Shown in pieces: positions 54,166-64,000 of a DNA stretch of 64,000 bases. The position numbers and the translations under genes were made by a program. The notes under the pieces were generated by a model. It saw nothing but the letters and a program-made list of their open reading frames with translations, made no database searches and was not told the DNA's origin. This stretch comes from Vulcanimicrobiota bacterium. GTDB taxonomy: Bacteria; Vulcanimicrobiota; Vulcanimicrobiia; Vulcanimicrobiales; Vulcanimicrobiaceae. The stretch is taken from the NCBI GenBank assembly GCA_963714015.1, contig OY970223.1, positions 736,001 to 800,000 on the forward strand, given 5' to 3'. Within the stretch, counting starts at the first letter, position 1. Each line of letters begins with the position of its first letter.

Positions 54166-54897
54166 GTGCACGAGAAAATAGGCGAACACTACACGTGGCA
54201 GTGGCCCGTGCTGGGCACGGTGCACTCCGACACGATCGTGACGACGTGGATCGTCATGCTCATTTCGCTTGTTTTCTTCGCTTGGATTGGCGCGAGCTAT
54301 CGTAGCGCGCGGGTCAGCAAGCGCCAGACCGTCGTCGAAGGCGTCATCAACTATATCGCCGACTTGGCCGCAGGCGTCCTGGGCGAGCAAGGCGAGCCCT
54401 TCGTGCCTTTTTTCATCGCGCTCTTTCTTTTCATTTTCCTGTTGAACCAATTCGGATTCTTGCCGCTCAAAGCGTTCGGACTCCCGTTCGGAGGCTCGCC
54501 TACGGCGGATCTGAACACGACGCTCGCGTACGCGCTCATGGTTTTCGTCCTCATTCAGGCTGTGGGCATCCGCAAGTACGGCATCGGTTTTTACAAGCAC
54601 CTCGCGAAGCCGTTTTGGGTTCTGACGCCGATCAATCTGCTCGAAGAGCTGGCGCGTCCTGCAACGCTGGCAGCCCGGCTTTTCTTCAACATTTTCGTCG
54701 GTGAGCTGCTGTTCATCATCATTGCGTCAATCATCACTGCGAAGGTCATGATCGGTCCGGTCAACCTCTCGCTCGCAGTGACGATCGTGCCGTTTTTCAT
54801 TCAATTTTTCAACTTTTTCGTCGGCACGATTCAAGCGTTTTTGTTCACCCTGCTCGCAATCGTCTATCTCTCGTTAGCGGTTGCGGAAGAACACTGA
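54166..54897 (+). CDS. atpB: F0 subunit a
   Basis: 'PTADLNTT', 'RPATLAARLFFNI', 'IQAFLF.LL..VY'. Confidence 0.95.
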   Translation: MHEKIGEHYTWQWPVLGTVHSDTIVTTWIVMLISLVFFAWIGASYRSARVSKRQTVVEGVINYIADLAAGVLGEQGEPFVPFFIALFLFIFLLNQFGFLPLKAFGLPFGGSPTADLNTTLAYALMVFVLIQAVGIRKYGIGFYKHLAKPFWVLTPINLLEELARPATLAARLFFNIFVGELLFIIIASIITAKVMIGPVNLSLAVTIVPFFIQFFNFFVGTIQAFLFTLLAIVYLSLAVAEEH

Positions 54898-54918
54898 TAG
54901 TACGGAAAGGGTACGAAG

Positions 54919-55209
54919 TTGAGTTCTGAAGCGTTAATTGCAGCCTTCACCTTGCTGGCGTTCGGCATCATCATTTCGGGCGTCGCAATGGGGTCGGCGA
55001 TCGGCGACGGCAACGTTGCGTCCAAAGCGGTGGAGTCCATCGCCCGTCAGCCGGAGGCTCGCCCGAATATCCTGACCTTCATGTTCCTCGGCGTGGGCGT
55101 GCTCGAAGCGTTCCCGATTATTGCGCTGGGGCTCGCGTTCTACGTCCTTTTGGTCGTGGCGCAGGTTCCAACGCTCATTACGCACGTCTTGGCCGGCGGC
55201 GCGCACTAA
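54919..55209 (+). CDS. atpE: F0 subunit c
   Basis: 'ARQPEA' loop, 'VLEAFPII'. Confidence 0.95.
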   Translation: MSSEALIAAFTLLAFGIIISGVAMGSAIGDGNVASKAVESIARQPEARPNILTFMFLGVGVLEAFPIIALGLAFYVLLVVAQVPTLITHVLAGGAH

Positions 55210-55223
55210 GAGCACGAGCGCGC

Positions 55224-55655
55224 ATGTTTCTTCAGCCGGACGGGACGTTTTTCGTACAACTGATCAACTTCGCGATCTTCTTCGCGTTGTTGAACGTCGT
55301 GTTCATTCGTCCCGTCGGCCGAGCGATTCGGCAGCGGCGTGATTACATCAACAGCGTCACGAACGACTACGACCGCTATCAGGCCGAAGCGGCTTCGTGC
55401 CGCAGCGAAGCCGAGGCGATTCGCGCCGCAGCGCGTCGCGAGGCCGGGGAGATGCTCTCGAAGATCCGCGCACAGGTTTCCAACGAGTCTGCGGAAATGG
55501 CCGCCGGTTTCAACCGGCAGGCTTCGGAGATCGCGGACGATGCGCACCGCGCGGTAGCCGTCGAGCTCGAGAATGCGCGTACGCGACTTTCTTCGGATGC
55601 GGCCGAGCTTGCCGGAATGATCGTTGCGCGAACCGTCACGGAGCTCGCCCGGTGA
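55224..55655 (+). CDS. atpF: F0 subunit b/b' (first copy)
   Basis: 'DGTFFVQLINF..F..LL...F..P' TM helix plus coiled coil. Confidence 0.85.
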   Translation: MFLQPDGTFFVQLINFAIFFALLNVVFIRPVGRAIRQRRDYINSVTNDYDRYQAEAASCRSEAEAIRAAARREAGEMLSKIRAQVSNESAEMAAGFNRQASEIADDAHRAVAVELENARTRLSSDAAELAGMIVARTVTELAR

Positions 55656-56144
55656 ACTACGAATCCGTTGCGCTTTACAGCCAGGTCGCGTCGGCCGCGT
55701 TGTTCGTCCTGGCCATGATCTGGATTTGGGTGAAGTTCATCCAGCCTGCGGTTCTAAGTGCGCAGCAGAATCAAAATGCCGCGCTCGCCGAGGCCGAGCG
55801 CCACCGCGATGAAGCCAAGCGCGTACTGGACTCGCTGCAAGGCGAGATCGACAGCGCCAAGCAAGACGCCGCGGCGATCAAGAGGCGCGTCGAGGCGTTG
55901 GCTGCGGCCGAACGCGAAAATGCCTTGCGCGAAGCCCGCGAATTCGGCGAAAGAACGCTCCGCAACGCCCGCGAGGAGCTGCCGCGCAGCCGCGCCGCGG
56001 CTCGCGAACAGCTGCGGGAAGAGCTCGCCTCGCGGGCGCTGGGGCTCGCCCGCGTCGCAGGCGCAGCAGCGCGTCGACGGCGGCGTGAACGCACAACTCG
56101 TCGGCTCGTTCCTTGCAAATCTCGAACGCGGCGGGCGTAACTAG
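55652..56144 (+). CDS. atpF: F0 subunit b/b' (second copy), frameshift near 56055
   Basis: TM helix then Ala/Glu/Arg coiled coil, between b and delta. Confidence 0.8.
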
Positions 56145-56686
56145 TGCCAAATGAAAGGCTCGCGCGCCGGTACGCGCTCGCCGTCTTTCAGCTCGCGAGC
56201 GAGGCGAACGTAGTTGACGTCGTCGGCGCCGACCTGCGCACGATTTCCGAAGCGATTTACGAGGACGAGTCGACGAAGGGTTTCTTTCTTGCGCCGGTCA
56301 TCGATCGCAAGGAAAAGGAGCGGGTGCTGAGCGCAGCTTTCGGCGGCAAAGCGCACGACATTACGCTGCACACGCTGCTGCTCCTCGTGCGCAAGCGTCG
56401 CGAGGCGCTGCTGCGCGAGGTGGTTGCACAATACGCGCAGTTGCAGCTCCAGGCGCGCGGCGCCGAGCAGCTCGTGGTAACCACCGCCAGGGAACTGCCC
56501 CCTGCGGAGTCTTCGTCCATCGTCGGACGCCTCGAAAAGATTTACGGCAAGAAGTTCGAGGCGCGTCAGGTGGTCGATCCGTCGCTTATCGGCGGCTTGC
56601 GCGTGATGATGGGCGATCGCCGCATCGACGGCTCCGTCGACGGCCGCCTGGAAGAACTCTCTCGGACGCTGTTCGCCGGAAACTGA
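56144..56686 (+). CDS. atpH: F1 subunit delta
   Basis: 'ARRYALA', 'VDPSLIGG...GDRRIDGSV'. Confidence 0.95.
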   Translation: MPNERLARRYALAVFQLASEANVVDVVGADLRTISEAIYEDESTKGFFLAPVIDRKEKERVLSAAFGGKAHDITLHTLLLLVRKRREALLREVVAQYAQLQLQARGAEQLVVTTARELPPAESSSIVGRLEKIYGKKFEARQVVDPSLIGGLRVMMGDRRIDGSVDGRLEELSRTLFAGN

Positions 56687-56719
56687 TATGAACGCAACTG
56701 TAAAAGATCAACGAATCTC

Positions 56720-56788
56720 GATGCGCCCTGCGGAATGGGGGGCCCCATTTATGGGGGGCGCGGAGTCTGGAGCGGAGCGCCTTTTAAA
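56720..56788 (+). repeat. Short copy of the structured intergenic repeat family, inside the atp operon
   Basis: GGAATGGGGGGCCCCATTTATGGGGGGCGCGGAGTCTGGAGCGGAGCGCCTTTTAAA aligns with 63461-63523. Confidence 0.75.
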
Positions 56789-58287
56789 ATGATCAACGCA
56801 GACGAAATCGCCGGTATTCTCAAGCAGCAGATTGCGAACTTCAAGACCGAGATTCAAGAGGATCAGGTCGGTACGGTAATCGAGGTGGGCGCCAATTTGG
56901 CGCGCGTCTACGGCCTTCAGAGCGTTCGCGCATCGGAGCTCGTCGAGTTTGCGAACGGCGTGCAGGGCGTAGCGCTCAACCTGGAAGAGGACAACGTCGG
57001 CGTCGTCATCATGGGCGACGACGCGGAAATCAAAGAAGGCGATCACGTGCGCCGCACGGGACGCATCGCGTCGGTTCCGGTCGGCGAGGCCCTACTGGGA
57101 CGCGTCGTCGATCCGCTGGGCATTCCGGTCGACGGCAAAGGCGCAATTCAAACGCGCAAATACCGCACCATTGAAAACGTTGCACCGACGGTCGTGCATC
57201 GTCAGCCGGTCAAACAGCCGCTCTTCACCGGTATCCGCGCAATCGACGCCCTCATCCCGATCGGCAAGGGCCAGCGCGAGCTGATCATCGGCGATCGCAG
57301 CACCGGCAAGACCGCGATCGCGATCGACGCCATCATCAATCAGAAGGGCAAGAACGTCTTCTGCATCTACGTGGCCATCGGTCAAAAGAACTCGACCGTA
57401 GCGGCGCTCGCCCAGGTTCTCGAGCAGAAGGGTGCGATGGAATACACGACCATCGTCGCCGTCGGTCCGTCCGAAGCCGCCGCGCTTCGATGGATCGCTC
57501 CGTTCGCCGGCGCCGCGATGGGCGAGGAGCTCATGTATGGCGGCAAAGACGTGCTCATCATTTACGACGATCTGACCAAGCACGCGCAGTCGTACCGCGA
57601 AATGTCGCTGCTGCTTCGCCGTCCGCCGGGCCGTGAAGCCTATCCGGGCGACGTATTCTTCCTGCATTCGCGTTTGTTGGAACGGTCTGCAAAGCTGTCC
57701 GACGACCTCGGCGGCGGATCGATGACGGCGCTGCCGATCATCGAGACGCAAGCCGGCGACTTCTCCGCGTATATTCCTACGAACGTCATCTCGATCACCG
57801 ACGGACAAATCTATCTGACGCCGTCGCTCTTCTTCCAGGGCATCCGTCCTGCGGTCGACGTCGGGCTCTCGGTCTCACGCGTCGGAGGTTCGGCGCAGAC
57901 CAAGGCGATGAAGAGTGTGGCGGGACAACTAAAACTCGAACTCGCGCAGTATCGCGACCTCGCCGCGTTCGCCAAGCTGGCGAGTGACTTGGACAAAGCC
58001 ACGCAGATGCAGCTGATGCGCGGCGAGAAGCTGACCGAGCTTCTCAAGCAGCCGCAGTACCAGCCGATGGCCAACGAAGATCAGGTCGCAATTCTCTACG
58101 GCGCCACCAAGGGCTTCGTGAACGACGTCGAGACGCCGCGTCTTCAAAACTGGGCGCGCGGTTTTCTGGCGTTTCTGCACGACAAGTACGCGGATGTTCC
58201 GCAAGCAATCGCGCAGAGCGGCCAGCTTCCCGACGATGCGAAGAAGAAGCTCGAAGCGGCACTGACGGAGTTCAATAAGACCTTCTA

Positions 58288-58288
<1 letters not shown>
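56789..58288 (+). CDS. atpA: F1 subunit alpha
   Basis: '[15 protein letters not shown]', '[14 protein letters not shown]', 'SVSRVG'. Confidence 0.98.
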
Positions 58289-60674
<2,386 letters not shown>

Positions 60675-60676
60675 CC

Positions 60677-61093
60677 GTGCCTGCGACCATTCCCTTTAAG
60701 CTCATCACGCCCACGACTGTGGTTTTTCAAGGCGATGCGGAGCTCGTGATTGCGACGACGACCGAAGGTGAAGAAGGCATTCTTGCACACCACGCGCCGT
60801 TTTTGAGCGCGCTGAAACCGGGCGTTCTTCGAGCAAGCATCGCCGAAGGCGGCGGTACGCGTCGTATGGAGCTTGCGACGAGCGAAGGGTTCATGCAAGC
60901 GCTGCCGGACGGCGTGACGGTACTGGTCGACAACGCGCTGACGTTCGAAGAGGTCGACGTCGCTGCGGCGCGCGCAGAGTTGGCCGAGGCGACGGAGCGT
61001 CAGAGGTCCGCAGCCGACCGCCATGTGTTTGAACGCGAACAAGCGATCATCGATTTTGCGAACGCCAAATTGCGCTTAACCGGACACCATTAA
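60677..61093 (+). CDS. atpC: F1 subunit epsilon
   Basis: 'ITP', 'EGEEGILAHHAPF...LKPG'. Confidence 0.93.
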   Translation: MPATIPFKLITPTTVVFQGDAELVIATTTEGEEGILAHHAPFLSALKPGVLRASIAEGGGTRRMELATSEGFMQALPDGVTVLVDNALTFEEVDVAAARAELAEATERQRSAADRHVFEREQAIIDFANAKLRLTGHH

Positions 61094-61115
61094 CCTTACG
61101 GCGAAACAGCCGGCA

Positions 61116-61601
61116 GTGGCTCGTTCTACCGGATGGAGTGTGCTTGCGGCTAAAGCCCTGGAAGTGGGCTTTTTGGCATTGGCGTCGCGCGCGATGGAGA
61201 ACGGGCGTCCGGCGCTTGCGACGAAACGCTTGGTGCCCGAGCCGATTGTCGTTCCGAAAGAACCCGTTCCGGCCGAACCGCCGCCGGCGCCTCAGCCTGA
61301 CGAAGCGGTAGATTTTCTGCAGGCCTTCGCCGATCCGGACGCTAGCGTCGCCACGGCGCGCGACGAGCACGGCGAGGTCTCGGTCGCATTTCTCTCCGAT
61401 GGACGCGTGCGCCTTACCGATGCCGAAAACCGGCGCTTTGCGGGCATGCTCCAAGACGACAAAGCCGATCTTCTCGAGATTGGTACCGGAACGTGGAGCA
61501 CGGTCTATCTTCGCCGTTCGCCCGACGGTACGACGCAGCTCGAACTGCACGGCGGACCTTACGACGCGCGCGTATTGACCTGCGAGCCCGCACCGCGATG
61601 A
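61116..61601 (+). CDS. Hypothetical protein with Pro-rich linker
   Basis: Fills the atpC-murA gap; ATGA overlap with murA. Confidence 0.6.
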   Translation: MARSTGWSVLAAKALEVGFLALASRAMENGRPALATKRLVPEPIVVPKEPVPAEPPPAPQPDEAVDFLQAFADPDASVATARDEHGEVSVAFLSDGRVRLTDAENRRFAGMLQDDKADLLEIGTGTWSTVYLRRSPDGTTQLELHGGPYDARVLTCEPAPR

Positions 61602-62968
61602 CGACATTGGATCGCTTGGAGACCACGTTGCGGGTACGCGGAGGCGCCGCGCTCGAGGGATCGATTCCGACGCAGGGGGCAAAGAACGCCGCGTTGCCGA
61701 TCATGGCGGCGTCGCTGCTGGCCAAAGGCAAAGTAACGCTCCATCGCGTTCCGCATATCACCGACGTTTCGGTCATGTGGTCGTTGCTGACCGCGCTCGG
61801 CGCGCGGCTTCGCCAGGAAGGCGACGGCACCGTGACGATCGATGCAAGCAACGTCGCCTCGCATCGCGCGCCATATACACTGGTGCGAAAACTCAACGCC
61901 AGTTTCGACATCGTCGGCCCGCTTCTCGGGCGCTTCGGGCGCGCCGAAGTCCCGCTTCCCGGCGGGTGCATTTTGGGAACGCGCGCTACCGACATGCACG
62001 AGCAGGCCTTTATTGCTCTTGGCTGCGATGTGAAAAATGCTCACGGCTATCTGATCGCAACCGCCAAAAAGAAGCACCTGGAAGGCGCCAACGTCGAATT
62101 TCGCATGCCCAGCGTCGGCGCGACCAAGAACGCGATGCTTGCGGCAGTACTCGCCGAAGGCACGACGTCGCTGAGCAACGTCGCGATGGAACCGGAAGTC
62201 ACCGATCTCGCGGACTTCCTCATCGCTATGGGTGCAAAGATTCGCGGCGCCGGATCGGACACAATCGTCATTGAGGGCGTCAAGGAATTGAACGGCGTCG
62301 AGTACGAGATCATTCCGGATCGCTTGGTTGCCGGAACATTGCTGCTTTGCGGAGCTGCAACGCGCGGGGACGTTACCGTCAAGCAGTGCCGCCCCGATCA
62401 TCTGCACGCGCTCGCGCTCAAGCTGCAGGAGTGCGGAGCGCAGCTGACTTCGGGCGACGACTGGATGCGCGTGCGCGCCGAACGCATCACCGGCGGCACG
62501 GAAATTCTCACAGCGCCGTTCCCCGGTTTTCCGACCGATCTTCAGCCGCAAATGGTCTCGTTCTTGTGCACCGCGCCGGGCACGAGCATCGTTGAAGAGT
62601 CGATCTTCAACGCCCGCTTCTCGTACGTGAACGAGCTGGCTCGCATGGGCGCCGACGTGCGGGTATCGATGGAAAGTAATACGGCGGTCGTGAGAGGCGG
62701 AATGCCGCTTTCCGGCGCACCAGTGGAAGCGCCGGATATTCGCGCCGGCGCCGCCCTCGTCGTTGCGGGCCTCGCCGCGCAGGGCGATACGGAGATCATC
62801 GGCCTGGAGTACATCGACCGAGGGCACGAGCGGTTGGAGGAGATGCTCTCCGCGCTCGGGGGGCAAGTGCAACGGGCCAGCGGCATTACACCGCTTGTGG
62901 AACCCAACGGGATTTTCGAAACGAGCGCGTATCCTACGACCCGGGCTCGGGCCGCAGACAATTCATAA
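61598..62968 (+). CDS. murA: UDP-N-acetylglucosamine 1-carboxyvinyltransferase
   Basis: 'GAKNAALP', 'LPGGCILGTR' (active-site Cys), 'SVGAT', 'PFPGFPTDLQ', 'DIRAG', 'IDRG'. Confidence 0.97.
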   Translation: MTTLDRLETTLRVRGGAALEGSIPTQGAKNAALPIMAASLLAKGKVTLHRVPHITDVSVMWSLLTALGARLRQEGDGTVTIDASNVASHRAPYTLVRKLNASFDIVGPLLGRFGRAEVPLPGGCILGTRATDMHEQAFIALGCDVKNAHGYLIATAKKKHLEGANVEFRMPSVGATKNAMLAAVLAEGTTSLSNVAMEPEVTDLADFLIAMGAKIRGAGSDTIVIEGVKELNGVEYEIIPDRLVAGTLLLCGAATRGDVTVKQCRPDHLHALALKLQECGAQLTSGDDWMRVRAERITGGTEILTAPFPGFPTDLQPQMVSFLCTAPGTSIVEESIFNARFSYVNELARMGADVRVSMESNTAVVRGGMPLSGAPVEAPDIRAGAALVVAGLAAQGDTEIIGLEYIDRGHERLEEMLSALGGQVQRASGITPLVEPNGIFETSAYPTTRARAADNS

Positions 62969-62971
62969 ATC

Positions 62972-63498
62972 GGCGGCGCCCTCGGGGAGACGACGGCTAA
63001 GCTCGTATCTCCAGGCGCCATGAGGAAATGGGGGTCCCGCGCTTTAGCGTGGGGGGCGCGGTCGCCGAGGACTAATCTTGGCGGCGCCCTCGGGGAGACG
63101 ACGGCTAAGCTCGTATCTCCAGGCGCCATGAGGAAATGGGGGCCCCGCGCTTTAGCGTGGGGGCGCGGTCGCTGAAGATGCTGATCTTGGCGGCGCCCTC
63201 GGGGAGACGACGGCTAAACTCGTATCTCCAGGCGCCATGAGGAAATGGGGGCCCCGCGCTTTAGCGTGGGGGGCGCGGTCGCTGAAGATGCTGATCTTGG
63301 CGGCGCCCTCGGGGAGACGACGGCTAAACTCGTATCTCCAGGCGCCATGAGGAAATGGGGGCCCCGCGCTTTAGCGTGGGGGGCGCGGTCGCCGAAGATG
63401 CTGATCTTGGCGGCGCCCTCGGGGAGACGACGGCTAAACTCGTATCTCCAGGCGCCATGAGGAAATGGGGGCCCCGCGCTTTAGCGTGGGGGGCGCGG
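62972..63498 (+). repeat. Tandem array of five ~110-bp structured repeats
   Basis: Units start at 62972, 63080, 63189, 63299 and 63409 (GGCGGCGCCCTCGGGGAGACG...); near-identical, last copy truncated. Confidence 0.97.
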
Positions 63499-63505
63499 AG
63501 CCTAG

Positions 63506-64000
<495 letters not shown>

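Noticed and set aside
63170..63260. Hammerhead ribozyme core (CTGAAGA ... GAAA) in the repeat unit
   Set aside because: CTGA becomes CCGA in two copies, and the required stems II and III cannot be formed around the motifs.
62972..63498. CRISPR array
   Set aside because: Units are ~110 nt and nearly identical end to end, with no unique spacers and no cas genes in the window.

Overview
GC-rich bacterial chromosomal window, mostly housekeeping genes. It carries many single-base indels that break even essential genes (hisS, aspS, glyA, purH, atpF), which points to an unpolished long-read assembly rather than gene decay. Gene order: mrdA-mreD-mreC-maf-nadD-obgE-rpmA (minus); fabF-rnc-smc-purH; hisS-accB followed by an ADP-heptose/glycosyltransferase cluster, then aspS; a GH92/beta-propeller protein; udg; a ~6.5 kb accessory islet with a STAND/BTAD regulator and three lipoproteins; trmL, a C39-like peptidase, a peptide-binding protein and a DUF1611/epimerase pair; rpiB-glyA-upp-deaminase-tagO/wecA-like-wecB; a complete atp operon; murA; and the start of mreB. 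Firmicute-like synteny plus heptose/LPS-type genes suggests a diderm Terrabacteria lineage such as Eremiobacterota (inference only). The strongest non-coding signals are: (1) five tandem copies of a ~110-bp structured repeat between murA and mreB, with dispersed covarying relatives just upstream of accB and atpA; (2) matching GGAAAGT heptad direct-repeat boxes, each 9 nt before a -10-like hexamer, upstream of both lipoprotein operons next to the BTAD regulator; (3) a ~200-bp element closed by a perfect 40-bp inverted repeat. I found no tRNA, rRNA, CRISPR array, transposase or integrase.
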